This document shows positions 33,955 through 44,211 of a stretch of 61,738 nucleotides of DNA, in pieces. The notes under the pieces are model-generated. The model did no database searches, was not told the DNA's origin, and saw nothing but the letters and a program-made list of their open reading frames with translations. The stretch lies in NCBI GenBank assembly GCA_050293845.1, contig JBNKNM010000015.1, positions 1 through 61,738 on the forward strand, written 5' to 3'. How positions within the stretch are numbered: the stretch's first letter is position 1; every line of letters starts with the position of its first letter. Made by a program: the position numbers and the translations under genes. Origin of the DNA: Pseudobacteriovorax sp. GTDB lineage: Bacteria > Bdellovibrionota_B > Oligoflexia > Oligoflexales > Oligoflexaceae.

Positions 33955-35049
33955 ATGCTTATGAACAATTGGACACTCGAAAAAGCAATAAACTCCTGCA
34001 CTTTACTTGTTTTTATTCTAAACAAGGAAGGAGAAATTATGCAAACTGCGGGTGCTTTATCGGAGCAGCTAAGAATTAACAACAATGTTAACGGGAAATC
34101 CGCTTTTAAAGTATCTAACTTTCCCTGCCGGCGTGTGCATTTCAAGCGGGCCATGAAAGGACATAGCTTCAGCATCAATTCAACTCTTGATAATCATTCT
34201 TATGAAACTGAGTTTTCACCGATTTATGAAAATGGGGAAGAAAGCGAAGTTATTGGAGTTATGGGTATGACTCTGGATGTAACTAAAAGCTTACAGGTGG
34301 AACAATTTCTTGATGAGGAAAGACACAAGATATTTGCTTCTCAACGCCTCAATTCCCTGGCAACTGTCACTAATGGCATTGCCCATGAAATCAACAATCC
34401 CTTAGCTATCATCAGTGGCTATGCGGAACAGCTCCATAGTTTATTCGTAAAAAATGCTGAACAAGTACCCCTGGACAGGGTTAAGTTTGTCACCTCCAAG
34501 ATCATTGCAGCCAGTCGTCGCTGCAGTCGCATTATCGATAGCTTAAAAGACTTTTCTCGTAACGGCTCTGATGACCCCTTTGAGATCGAGCAGGTCTCTA
34601 CCCTGATCGATGAAACCTTGGATCTTTGTGCCCAACGCTTTAAAAGCTGCGGGGTAAAGCTTAAAGTTGGTCCCATCCATGAAAACTTAAGCATCCAATG
34701 CCGCCGCGTACAAATTGTACAGGTCTTGTATGCCCTTCTTAACAACGCCCTCGATGCCAGTAAGAATGAAGAGCTGCCCCTGGTGACCGTTGAAGTTGCG
34801 GAGTTAGCCAATAAGGTGGCGATATCAGTAACAGATAACGGGCCAGGCATCGCTGATTCAATTAAAAATAAAATATTTGAACCCTTTTTCACCACGAAAG
34901 AAGTAGGCTCAGGTGTCGGTGTAGGCCTTAGCATTTCTAAAGGTGTTGTAGAGGAGCACCGCGGTACCCTTGAGCTTTCCTCAAATGCTTACAACACCGT
35001 TTTTACGATTACACTACCAAAAGTGCAGGTTGGTACGGCAGTATCCTAG
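33955..35049 (+). CDS. PAS-like domain sensor histidine kinase
   Basis: H-box [11 protein letters not shown]-box [23 protein letters not shown] and GVGVGLSIS. Confidence 0.92.
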   Translation: MLMNNWTLEKAINSCTLLVFILNKEGEIMQTAGALSEQLRINNNVNGKSAFKVSNFPCRRVHFKRAMKGHSFSINSTLDNHSYETEFSPIYENGEESEVIGVMGMTLDVTKSLQVEQFLDEERHKIFASQRLNSLATVTNGIAHEINNPLAIISGYAEQLHSLFVKNAEQVPLDRVKFVTSKIIAASRRCSRIIDSLKDFSRNGSDDPFEIEQVSTLIDETLDLCAQRFKSCGVKLKVGPIHENLSIQCRRVQIVQVLYALLNNALDASKNEELPLVTVEVAELANKVAISVTDNGPGIADSIKNKIFEPFFTTKEVGSGVGVGLSISKGVVEEHRGTLELSSNAYNTVFTITLPKVQVGTAVS

Positions 35050-38000
35050 TAGGCAAGGTTTGCTTGCAGCCACCTTTCCATCTCAGCAACCGTTAAACCC
35101 TTTCTTTTTGCATAGTCTTCGACTTGGTCTTTTTGGATCTGCCCTACCCTAAAATAAGCAGCTTCCGGACTGCCAAAATACCATCCAGACACCGAGCTTG
35201 CTGGAGTCATAGCCGCGCTTTCTGTTAGCTTAACGCCTATGGTGTTTTCCACATCCATCAGTCGCCATAGCAGGAACTTTTCAGTGTGATCAGGACATGC
35301 GGGATACCCCGGAGCCGGACGAATCCCCCTATAGTTTTCTTTTATCAAATCTTCGATAGTAGTATCTTCAGATAATCCAAATCCCCAGGTCTTGCGTATC
35401 TTTTTATGCATCATTTCCGCCAAGGCTTCAGCAAAGCGATCTCCGATGGCCTTAACTAAAATCGCATTATAATCATCGTGTTTTTTTTCGAAATGTGCCG
35501 CATACTCTTCCACTTCCTTTCCAGTTGTGACCACAAAACCTCCCATATAATCGAGCCTTCCTGAAGAAAGGGGGGCCACATAGTCTGCTAGGGAAAGCAT
35601 AGGAGCATCATCGGAGCGCTGCCGTTGCTGCCGCAAAAAATGAAAGGTTTCCAGGATTTCATCACGTTCGGGAGAGCTATAAATCCTTATATCATCGCCG
35701 ACAGCATTTGCTGGCCATAATGCCGTAATAGCACTGGCATGAAATCTTTGATGCTTGATAATATCTTCGATGAGATTTTGGGCATCCTGAAATAACTCCC
35801 GAGCTTGAGAGCCCCATTTCTTATGCTGCAAAATTTTAGGATACAAGCCCCGCAGTTCCCAAGTCCAAAAAAATGGAGACCAATCGATAAAAGGAGCTAT
35901 CTGATCTAAGGAAATATCCCTTTCCACTTCCTGACCCAGATGACTTGGGGTATCAATAGTGGCCTGCTGCCAATCGATAGGAGCTTTGTTCTCCTGAGCC
36001 TTCTGGTAGCTGAGGTACTCTGCCCCTTCCGCATTGGATTGGAACCTTTCGCGAATAATTTCTTGGTCTTGCTGGAGCTGCTTTTTATAGTTGATTCTAG
36101 TTCTGCTATTCATGATCTTATTGCAGACCTCCACAACCAAGGAGGCATCTCCGACATGGTTGGTTATGCCAGCATAGTGAGGTGCAATTTTAATGGCTGT
36201 ATGAGCTTTGCTAGTTGTCGCTCCCCCAATCAGTAAAGGAACATTAAATCCTTGCCGCTCCATTTCCTTTGCATTATGAATCATTTCGTCTAACGAAGGG
36301 GTAATCAAACCGCTCAGGCCAATGATATCAGCATCAATTTCCTTGGCTTTACGCAGAATATCCTCGCAACTCACCATGACACCAAGATCAAATACTTCAT
36401 AATTATTGCAAGCTAGCACCACGGCAACAATATTTTTGCCGATATCGTGAACATCGCCTTTTACCGTAGCGATCAAAAAGCGCCCCTGGGACTTTCTACT
36501 ACTACCGGCTTGTTTTTCTTTTTCCATAAATGGTTGCAGATAGGCCACCGCCTTTTTCATCACTCGGGCGCTCTTTACAACTTGAGGAAGAAACATCTTG
36601 CCATCACCAAATAGGGCACCGACGATTTTCATGCCATCCATTAACGGCCCTTCAATGACTAATAACGGCCGCTTCAATTGCTCCAATGCTTCCTGCGTAT
36701 CCTGTTCTACAAAATCGGTGATGCCTTTTACCAGTGCATGGGATAAGCGTTCTTGAAAACTTCCCTGGCGCCAGGCAAGATTCTGACTTTCTTGCTCGGC
36801 TTTCTTCACACCCTTAAACTGCACCGCATAATCAATCAAACGCTCGGTCGCATCGGAACGCCGGTTTAAGAGCACATCTTCAACATAGCCTAACAAGGTT
36901 TTATCAATCTCATCATAAACCTCAAGCATGCCAGCATTGACAATTCCCATGTCGAGTCCCGCATGGATGCTATGGTACAGGAAGGCTGCATGCATGGCCT
37001 CACGGACCACATTATTCCCGCGAAACGAAAAGGATATATTGCTAATCCCGCCGCTGGTTAGGGCTCCGGGACAAGTCTGTTTGATCTCCCTTACGGCTTC
37101 AATGAAATCCATCGCATAGTTATTATGCTCATCCATTCCTGTCGCTACAGTCAAAACATTGGGATCGAAGATGATATCGTTAGGGTCCCAATCCAGCTCA
37201 TCCACTAGAATATGATAGGCACGCTGGCAAATTCTGACCTTGTCGTTTTTTGTAGCTGCCTGCCCTTTTTCATCAAAGGCCATCACAATGGCGGCTGCAC
37301 CATAGTTTTTCACCTTGCGCGCAGAGTTTTTAAAGGCCTCCTCGCCTTCCTTTAATGAGATCGAGTTGACGATAGCCTTTCCCTGTACGCACCTTAAGCC
37401 AGCTTCAATTACCGACCACTTCGAGCTATCGATCATAATAGGAACACGGGCAATATCCGGCTCGCTGGCGATAAGATGAAGAAATTTTTCCATGCAGCCT
37501 TCGCTGTCCAGTAAGCCCTCATCGAAGTTGATATCGATAATATTAGCGCCATTTTCTACCTGTTGCCGCGCAACAGCCAGGGCACTTTCAAAATCACCTT
37601 CTTTAACGAGCTTCGCAAACCGCGGTGATCCAGTGACATTGGTCCGCTCCCCCACCATCAAAAAAGGTTTGGGGGATTCGTGGGGACGGATCAGTAAGGG
37701 TTCCAGACCACTCAAGCGGAGACCTGACACGACTTCAGGAATGGCTCTGGGGGGATATTTTTCAGCCTTTGCTTTTATGGCCGCTATATGTTCAGGAGTG
37801 GTGCCGCAACATCCTCCCAACAAATTAACCAGCCCTGAAGCTGCAAATTCCTCAACTAATTGGGAGGTATCTTCAGGTTTTTCATCGTACCCCGTTTCAC
37901 TTAAGGGGTTAGGAAGTCCTGCATTAGGGTAACAGCTGACATAGCAGTCGGCGATATTGGACAGGATTTCTACATAGGGTCGCATCTCTTTAGCCCCTAA

Positions 38001-38753
38001 AGCACAGTTAATACCCACTGCCAGAGGGTTGGCATGACGCACTGAATACCAGAAAGCCTCTACAGTCTGCCCCGAAAGCGTACGCCCCGAGGCATCGGTT
38101 ATGGTAACCGATAATATCACAGGAATTTTTTCTTTCAGCTCACTAAACAGCTGCTCCAGGGCCGCTATAGCTGCTTTGAGATTAAGAGTGTCGATGGTTG
38201 TTTCCGGGAGAAAAAGGTCTACGCCGCCCTCGTATAGCCCCTTAGCTTGCTCGTAAAAGGCAGCTTTTAACTGATCAAAACTAACAGCTCTATAGGCAGG
38301 ATTATTAACATCGGGTGACAATGAAGCTGTGGTATTGGTGGGACCAATTGCCCCTGCCACAAAGCACTGACGCCCGGGATGTGCTGCCATCACCTCCTGG
38401 ACAGCTTCCTTAGCAAGTTTTGCAGACTCGTAGTTCAGGCGGTAGACATAATCCTGCAATCCATAGTCCGACTGAGCAATGGACGTAGCACTGAAGGTAT
38501 TGGTTTCAATAATATCAGACCCGGCCTCTAGATATTGCTGATGGATTTCCCTCACAACGTCCGGTCTGGTCAGAGACAGAAGGTCATTGTTGCCTTTAAG
38601 TTCGATATGATGGTCTTTGAAAACATCTCCACGAAAATCAGATTCTACCAATTTGTAGCGTTGAATCATGGTGCCCATAGCGCCATCAAGGTAGACCACT
38701 CGCTGTTGTAATAGCTCGGCTAATTTCTGGCCTCTTAGGGACATTGGTTTCAT
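35046..38753 (-). CDS. metH: B12-dependent methionine synthase
   Basis: [35 protein letters not shown] and [10 protein letters not shown]. Confidence 0.98.
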   Translation of the reverse strand: MKPMSLRGQKLAELLQQRVVYLDGAMGTMIQRYKLVESDFRGDVFKDHHIELKGNNDLLSLTRPDVVREIHQQYLEAGSDIIETNTFSATSIAQSDYGLQDYVYRLNYESAKLAKEAVQEVMAAHPGRQCFVAGAIGPTNTTASLSPDVNNPAYRAVSFDQLKAAFYEQAKGLYEGGVDLFLPETTIDTLNLKAAIAALEQLFSELKEKIPVILSVTITDASGRTLSGQTVEAFWYSVRHANPLAVGINCALGAKEMRPYVEILSNIADCYVSCYPNAGLPNPLSETGYDEKPEDTSQLVEEFAASGLVNLLGGCCGTTPEHIAAIKAKAEKYPPRAIPEVVSGLRLSGLEPLLIRPHESPKPFLMVGERTNVTGSPRFAKLVKEGDFESALAVARQQVENGANIIDINFDEGLLDSEGCMEKFLHLIASEPDIARVPIMIDSSKWSVIEAGLRCVQGKAIVNSISLKEGEEAFKNSARKVKNYGAAAIVMAFDEKGQAATKNDKVRICQRAYHILVDELDWDPNDIIFDPNVLTVATGMDEHNNYAMDFIEAVREIKQTCPGALTSGGISNISFSFRGNNVVREAMHAAFLYHSIHAGLDMGIVNAGMLEVYDEIDKTLLGYVEDVLLNRRSDATERLIDYAVQFKGVKKAEQESQNLAWRQGSFQERLSHALVKGITDFVEQDTQEALEQLKRPLLVIEGPLMDGMKIVGALFGDGKMFLPQVVKSARVMKKAVAYLQPFMEKEKQAGSSRKSQGRFLIATVKGDVHDIGKNIVAVVLACNNYEVFDLGVMVSCEDILRKAKEIDADIIGLSGLITPSLDEMIHNAKEMERQGFNVPLLIGGATTSKAHTAIKIAPHYAGITNHVGDASLVVEVCNKIMNSRTRINYKKQLQQDQEIIRERFQSNAEGAEYLSYQKAQENKAPIDWQQATIDTPSHLGQEVERDISLDQIAPFIDWSPFFWTWELRGLYPKILQHKKWGSQARELFQDAQNLIEDIIKHQRFHASAITALWPANAVGDDIRIYSSPERDEILETFHFLRQQRQRSDDAPMLSLADYVAPLSSGRLDYMGGFVVTTGKEVEEYAAHFEKKHDDYNAILVKAIGDRFAEALAEMMHKKIRKTWGFGLSEDTTIEDLIKENYRGIRPAPGYPACPDHTEKFLLWRLMDVENTIGVKLTESAAMTPASSVSGWYFGSPEAAYFRVGQIQKDQVEDYAKRKGLTVAEMERWLQANLAY

Positions 38754-39069
38754 GTATTTCTCCCGGCATTTTGTGCAGACTACTTCACTTTTTAGATTTC
38801 TGGGGACAGCCTCCCCAGATTCTAATAATTTTACTAAAAAAACCCCTCAAGGGTAGCATGATTCCCCGGAATTTCCACAAGCAGTTGGGACCCAGACTCG
38901 CTGCACCTCAGGTCTCATCCTCCCGGAGATAACAGGTCAGTAGGATTTAAAGAAAAATTCGAACTCAGTTTTCAAACCCCGGTGGGAGCTTAGTGTCAAA
39001 ATCACAAGGAGCTACCGAAGCTTGGAAACTTGCGGCAGAAATTATGAAATGATGTCTTCACAACGGCAG

Positions 39070-39411
39070 CTACTCGATATAGCTGACCAAGTCCAGAAAA
39101 CCTGTTTCTAAGGGGTCGCTAGCCTGAAACCCAGCCCGGATACCGCTAGGATCATCACCATAGTCGCACCAAGCCACGCGGCAGGGAACAATGGTCTGGG
39201 TGGGAAAGCTAAAGTGAATGATTACCAAATCGCCCACAGGCAAAGTGTCGGTTAGAAGGACCCCTACACCATGGGCCGAAATATCCCAGGCCATAAAGGG
39301 TATGCGATACTCTGCTGTCAAACTGACGACAAAACCGCGCACCGTATTAGTAGGAACGGGCAGCCGTACCTCGCGGCGTTCAAAACGAGGATTCCGTATT
39401 GCAAGGGTCAT
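39070..39411 (-). CDS. PilZ domain protein
   Basis: RFERR (RxxxR) and DISAHG (DxSxxG) c-di-GMP motifs. Confidence 0.8.
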   Translation of the reverse strand: MTLAIRNPRFERREVRLPVPTNTVRGFVVSLTAEYRIPFMAWDISAHGVGVLLTDTLPVGDLVIIHFSFPTQTIVPCRVAWCDYGDDPSGIRAGFQASDPLETGFLDLVSYIE

Positions 39412-39449
39412 GGGAAGACACCTCAGTCTCTACAAATTGTTCTACCTCT

Positions 39450-39476
39450 TTATCGTCGCCACCCAGTGATACTTTA
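39450..39476 (-). promoter_or_regulatory. sigma28 (FliA)-like promoter of the PilZ gene
   Basis: TAAA-N15-GACGATAA, one mismatch to TAAA-N15-GCCGATAA. Confidence 0.65.
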
Positions 39477-39577
39477 AATCGAAGTTAGAATATCTTTATT
39501 ATTAGCCAGTTAGCTCTAGTGTGCTATGATCAATGACGTATCTCCGCTTGTTTACTTCTATTTTTTCCAAAAAGGGC

Positions 39578-39607
39578 TTTACAAGTTCCCTAGTGATCTT
39601 TAATAAT
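39578..39607 (+). promoter_or_regulatory. candidate sigma70 promoter of tRNA-Leu
   Basis: TTTACA-N17-TAATAAT, about 27 nt upstream of the tRNA. Confidence 0.4.
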
Positions 39608-39633
39608 CACCATCCCTTCACATGAAGGTTTTT

Positions 39634-39717
39634 GCCACCTTGGCGGAATTGGTAGACGCAGTGGATTCAAAATCCACCGTCCGCAAGGACATCCCGGTTC
39701 AAGTCCGGGAGGTGGTA
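39634..39717 (+). tRNA. tRNA-Leu(CAA), probable prophage integration site
   Basis: Acceptor GCCACCT/AGGTGGT, D-loop GGAATTGGTAGAC, anticodon arm GTGGA-TTCAAAA-TCCAC, long variable arm, T-loop GGTTCAAGTCC; CCA not encoded. Confidence 0.96.
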
Positions 39718-39733
39718 CTCACAAATATCCTTC

Positions 39734-39824
39734 CAAATCTTTGATTTCATTAAGAAAACAGTGAAAAAGGTTCAAGAAAAAGTTCAGTGTCATTTCAGAC
39801 ATTTATCAACTTTGTGAACTTTTC
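39734..39824. promoter_or_regulatory. att arm: IHF site plus candidate integrase arm-binding repeats
   Basis: Minus-strand AATCAAAGATTTG (39734-39746) matches WATCAANNNNTTR. GAAAAAG(G)TTCA occurs at 39763 and 39776, with inverted TGAACTTTTC at 39815. Confidence 0.6.
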
Positions 39825-39864
39825 TTCGCGTCAGTCCGATGGACAATCGGAGGAAGTCAAGGTT

Positions 39865-41106
39865 TTGTACAACAAGTTATATACTCACAAAAACACTAGA
39901 GCTGATGGCAGCCTCTTCTATACCTTCTCTTATTTTGTTGGTAAAAAGCGCGTTAAACTTCCGAGAGGCCAACATCCAGTATTTAGTAATGAAACAGATG
40001 CCAAAAGGTGGGCAAAGCAGAATAGCGCGAAAGATAGTTCTGAGAGTATAGGGAAAATTTTAGGTATCCAATTCCCTCAATTTATCAATCTACTTCAAAA
40101 TGTCTATTCACCATATCAAAAGGAACGTGCTCCCAATTCCTATAAAGATTGCGCAAGAAACCTTGAAAGATACTGTTTTCACTTCTTCCTAATAAAGAGA
40201 CAGCAACAAAATATGGATGAATGGAGCCGTCTTTACACGCCTTTCAAAGCGTGGCTTAGAACGGATGCTAGGACTCCTCAGAGTACACCCTTAGCAGTCT
40301 CAACCATGAACAATGTCATAATGTCTCTAAATACTTTTTTAAAATGTATGGTCGAATATGAGTATTTAGACCCTACAAAATTTGTAAAATGTAGCGTTTT
40401 CCCTCCCCATTTGCTCAACAATAAAGACTTATCGAACGTCATTGATAAGGAAACTCGTGACCATATCTTTAGTGAAATGAGCCATCCAGAGAATGAATTT
40501 TTCGCAGTAGCATGGGCTACTGGAATGCGATTTAATGAGATTTATGGTCTTACAATGGCATCATTAAGGTCTGGAAAAATTCCATCCAATCCTATGAAAA
40601 ATGAACTTGATCGCTTAAAGATTAATTATGTTGGCTATGTCCTGTTAGAGTCACAACCAGCAGATAAGAATCGATCTCGTGATCAGAATAAGTCATTATT
40701 AGTAAAGCCACTTAAAAGTTCCAAGATAATAAGCCCTAAAAATAGCCGGATCATTCCTTTATTTGATAAGAAAATTTGGAACATCCTAGCCAAGAGATAC
40801 CAAAAACAACAACATTACCTTAAGCAAAAAATATGGACTGAAAATCCAAAGGACTATCTTCTTTTTGATGATCTAGATAGAAATAGGCTTAACAATTCTC
40901 TCAGAAAAGCCACTAAGTTTTCTACCTTCCATGACTGCAGACATTCCTTTGTTACGAGGCTTGTTGGTGAAACCCAATCCATGTTCCTAGTAAGAATGAT
41001 TACCGGTCACAAGTCCGAATCAGTGTTTAATAAATACCTACATATCTACGAACAAATAGCTCTGGAAGCAGAGTTTAACGATCAGAAAATCGAACTAATA
41101 GATTAA
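39865..41106 (+). CDS. int: tyrosine recombinase / phage integrase
   Basis: ATGMR, FHDCRH, TGHKS and catalytic Tyr (NKYLH); arm-binding-like N-terminus. TTG 39865 follows GGAGG; the track ORF starts at 39787. Confidence 0.92.
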   Translation: MYNKLYTHKNTRADGSLFYTFSYFVGKKRVKLPRGQHPVFSNETDAKRWAKQNSAKDSSESIGKILGIQFPQFINLLQNVYSPYQKERAPNSYKDCARNLERYCFHFFLIKRQQQNMDEWSRLYTPFKAWLRTDARTPQSTPLAVSTMNNVIMSLNTFLKCMVEYEYLDPTKFVKCSVFPPHLLNNKDLSNVIDKETRDHIFSEMSHPENEFFAVAWATGMRFNEIYGLTMASLRSGKIPSNPMKNELDRLKINYVGYVLLESQPADKNRSRDQNKSLLVKPLKSSKIISPKNSRIIPLFDKKIWNILAKRYQKQQHYLKQKIWTENPKDYLLFDDLDRNRLNNSLRKATKFSTFHDCRHSFVTRLVGETQSMFLVRMITGHKSESVFNKYLHIYEQIALEAEFNDQKIELID

Positions 41107-41123
41107 GAAAAGGGACCAATAGA

Positions 41124-41420
41124 ATGCAAAACATCACCGATTTTAAGAACCAAATTTCATCAGCCAGTACCTTATCTGCTATCGAAAAATGCCTAAATTC
41201 AACACTATCAGGCATCCAAAAAGACCGTTCTCAGGTCCAAAAAAAGATTGAGAAGTACCAATCACAACTATCTAATTTACAATCTCAGATGACTGATTTG
41301 GGTGCCGCTGAGAAGGAAATTATCAGTGCTAGCCAAGCTAAGGTCAATGAGGTTTTGGCTGGCATTGGGAATGTTAAAAGGACAAGAAGGGGTAGGAGAC
41401 CAAAAAATAAAGACGGTTAA
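41124..41420 (+). CDS. small coiled-coil protein with basic AT-hook-like tail
   Basis: Heptad-rich body and C-terminal KRTRRGRRPK; RBS AAAGGG. Confidence 0.7.
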   Translation: MQNITDFKNQISSASTLSAIEKCLNSTLSGIQKDRSQVQKKIEKYQSQLSNLQSQMTDLGAAEKEIISASQAKVNEVLAGIGNVKRTRRGRRPKNKDG

Positions 41421-41429
41421 TTACCATCT

Positions 41430-41966
41430 TTATTTTCCTATCATACAACCCTTGCCAAGAACATTCATCATTAGACCATCAACTTTGCATACGACAGTAA
41501 GTTTTTGTCCTTTTTTTAACTGCGCTAATTTACTGTTATTTTCATCTTCAAAAAAAGCTTGAATTTGTGGAATTTCAAGAGTTTTTCCGGTACCTAATGT
41601 AACATATAGACTTCCAACTATGTCTTTTTTAACATCACCAACGATCCCTGAAGTTTTTATCCATTTGTCCTTGTATTTATTGTCAGCACCAACTTCGTTT
41701 GCTTTGTAGTCATCAAGAACACTATTAATATTTACTTCCATTATAGGGGTTTTTGCTTGCATACTTGTAGAACCAGGACCGCTAGAGCTATGAGGACCTT
41801 TGCTTCCTATAGCTGCTAAAACTATAATTCCACCAAAAAATACTGTACCACCAATAAACGCTTTTTTAATGAACCCCATTTTTAATTGCTCACCACAATG
41901 TGGACAAGTTTTGGCTGATTTTGAAACTTCTTTACTGCATGACTTGCAACTTATTAATTTACCCAT
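41430..41966 (-). CDS. Zn-ribbon + TM + OB-fold (tRNA_anti-like) membrane protein
   Basis: CKSC...CPHC, TM helix, YKANEVGADNKYKDK and LKKGQKLTVVC. Confidence 0.8.
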   Translation of the reverse strand: MGKLISCKSCSKEVSKSAKTCPHCGEQLKMGFIKKAFIGGTVFFGGIIVLAAIGSKGPHSSSGPGSTSMQAKTPIMEVNINSVLDDYKANEVGADNKYKDKWIKTSGIVGDVKKDIVGSLYVTLGTGKTLEIPQIQAFFEDENNSKLAQLKKGQKLTVVCKVDGLMMNVLGKGCMIGK

Positions 41967-42180
41967 AGTATAAACCTCGATTTCCTAGTATCAAATTAGG
42001 ATAGTTTATATCGACTATTAGTGAATTTTATTAACGGAGTTTAGACAACTATGCTTGGTAAGTAAGAAGCCATTTGGATGGTTTAAAATAATGCCAAGAA
42101 GTAGGAATTTCATTGCATTAAAGTCTTTTATGTACACTACAATATACAATAATCAGGAAGAAGAAGGGAAGTTAATCTCC

Positions 42181-42489
42181 CTATTTTCTCTGTAAAGTTT
42201 GAATTTTCCAGTCACCTTCTAGGCCACATAAAGTGATTTTATATTCAGTGAAATCACTACTATAGCAGTAGTAAGCATCCATTCCGAAGAAGATTTTACT
42301 AAAAGTAGGCTTGTTGTTAGGGATATTAAAATAGCATTGACGCAAGTCTTCTCTTTCAGAAATGTCCTCGTTATAGTCATAGACTCTTTCCATTTCCTGT
42401 AAAATTTCACTTTCATTTCCACAAGTATTTTTCTCTTCTGTACCACAACCAATTAATAAACTTACTAATAATATGATTTTAATCTTCAT
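42181..42489 (-). CDS. prophage accessory lipoprotein
   Basis: MKIKIILLVSLLIGC lipobox; RBS GGAAGG. Confidence 0.7.
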   Translation of the reverse strand: MKIKIILLVSLLIGCGTEEKNTCGNESEILQEMERVYDYNEDISEREDLRQCYFNIPNNKPTFSKIFFGMDAYYCYSSDFTEYKITLCGLEGDWKIQTLQRK

Positions 42490-42598
42490 GATGTTCTTCC
42501 TTCCAATTTTTTGTTAAACTATATTACGGTTTATTACGATATATTCTTTAGTTAAAACGTGTTTATTTTGTATTATATTGTATTTATAATATGTTAAG

Positions 42599-42904
42599 GT
42601 GTACTATATGCCAAAGAAAATACTTGCTGATACGACAAAAGACGAAGTTCGTATTCTCATTGAAGAGTTAAACCTTTCTAGAAGTAATATTGCTGAAAAA
42701 CTTGGGGTTACTGTTCATGCTTTAGATTCTTGGGTGAGGGACGGTAGGATACCTTTAACTCGTTGGAAAGCATTGCTTGAATTGAAGGATTCTTGTAAAA
42801 AAAGGAGTAAAAGTGCTCTAAGCGAGGCTAGTCTCGAAGAGTTACTGATAGAGATTCAGAGTCGTGGGTATGATGTTAGGTTGAATATTGAGAGGAAGAG
42901 GTGA
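42599..42904 (+). CDS. XRE/Cro-type helix-turn-helix regulator
   Basis: LSRSNIAEKLGVTVHALDSWVRDGRIP; probable start at 42608. Confidence 0.8.
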   Translation: MYYMPKKILADTTKDEVRILIEELNLSRSNIAEKLGVTVHALDSWVRDGRIPLTRWKALLELKDSCKKRSKSALSEASLEELLIEIQSRGYDVRLNIERKR

Positions 42905-43033
42905 AATTAATCTACTGATATTAACAAAGTAAACATAATCCACTGCAACTTTCGTTGCTTAATACTAGATATATACTAAACTTTCCGTGTTATATCTCCG
43001 ACCTATTGTTATAAATTTAGGGAGGGAAAAAGA

Positions 43034-43558
43034 ATGGCCTTTAGTATTAATGATCTTAATAATTTAGGACAACAGCTGTCTGGAACTATGATTCTACATG
43101 AAGTCGCTACTGCTAATGTAAAATCCGATCTTAAAGGAAGTTCCATCTACTTAAGTAGGACTTCAATAATTATTAAGGTTATGAAAAACAACCATGTAAA
43201 ATGTTTTGGTTCTGGTTCACACAAATTTGAAATTGATTGGAATTTACAAAAAAGTGGTAGGTGGACATCCTTAGTGAGTCCACTTCCAGGGACAACTAGG
43301 GATGATGCTTTAGGTGTAATGGAAGCTTATTCGAACGTTTTGAGTCAACCAAAACCAAAACACAAAAGAAGCCCGAACGGATTTATTATTTCAAAACTAG
43401 GTAAAGATAAACACGGAAAGCAAAAAGTAGTTGGTGAAAGCGGAAAAAAGAATTTCAATACTGCCATCAGCAGTTGCTATTACCATACTAAATTTACGAC
43501 CTTCTGTAGAAAAAATAATGTCACTTGTAAATTTAAGAAAAGCTCTTCAACCAAATGA
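43034..43558 (+). CDS. basic hypothetical protein
   Basis: 174-aa ORF with a strong GGGAGGG RBS; no recognisable family. Confidence 0.65.
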   Translation: MAFSINDLNNLGQQLSGTMILHEVATANVKSDLKGSSIYLSRTSIIIKVMKNNHVKCFGSGSHKFEIDWNLQKSGRWTSLVSPLPGTTRDDALGVMEAYSNVLSQPKPKHKRSPNGFIISKLGKDKHGKQKVVGESGKKNFNTAISSCYYHTKFTTFCRKNNVTCKFKKSSSTK

Positions 43559-43566
43559 AAAAAGTT

Positions 43567-43878
43567 TTAATTTTTACAGTTAACAAGCTTTAAAGAGGGG
43601 ATTCTTTGCTTCTTTAAAGCTTGTTTGAATTGCCATTCTTTCACCAATGAATTACAAAAGATGTCCTGTTCCATTGAGCGAGATGATTGGACGCTAAACC
43701 CTGAATTCCAGCCACAATTAGAGCAAGGTGGAGAGATTAAACCAAGCCAATTCTTTTCTATGAAGGGCCTGGTAGTGCGTAATTTTGCCTTAAAGCACTT
43801 AGCGCACTTGGTTTCAGCAACATATAACTCTTTATGTTGGTCAATCCATTCTTCGGTTGATACTTGTGGAAATATCAT
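43567..43878 (-). CDS. small Zn-finger hypothetical protein
   Basis: CAKC...CSNC; RBS AAGGGG. Confidence 0.65.
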   Translation of the reverse strand: MIFPQVSTEEWIDQHKELYVAETKCAKCFKAKLRTTRPFIEKNWLGLISPPCSNCGWNSGFSVQSSRSMEQDIFCNSLVKEWQFKQALKKQRIPSLKLVNCKN

Positions 43879-44211
43879 GTATCCCCTTTTTATATTTAAT
43901 ATCGGTAAGTTTTTAGATTTTATTTAATTATATCAGTAACATATAAATTTAACTCCCAAAATGGGGTTGTTTTTATATCAGCGAATTCGAAAGTTTTCTA
44001 TCGAAAAACGGATAAAAAGCAATGTTTTCAGCCAATTAGGCAGTGTTAATTTTACTTTTCGCTTAAAGAAATTTTTCGATATATCTTTTTATCGTTAGTA
44101 TACTACGGCTAGATCTGACTATACTCTTAAAATTACTTGATTTTATTTTTCCTCATCCACCAAGTCATCACCTACCCTAGCACCACGTCTGGCAGCCTCT
44201 TCGGCGAGTCA

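Noticed and set aside
38936..39069. Possible 6S RNA, SAM-II or SAM-SAH motif (GGGAGC, CTTGCGGCA, TCACAACGGC)
   Set aside because: Only short fragments match, they are on the wrong strand for metH control, and no closing stem could be built.
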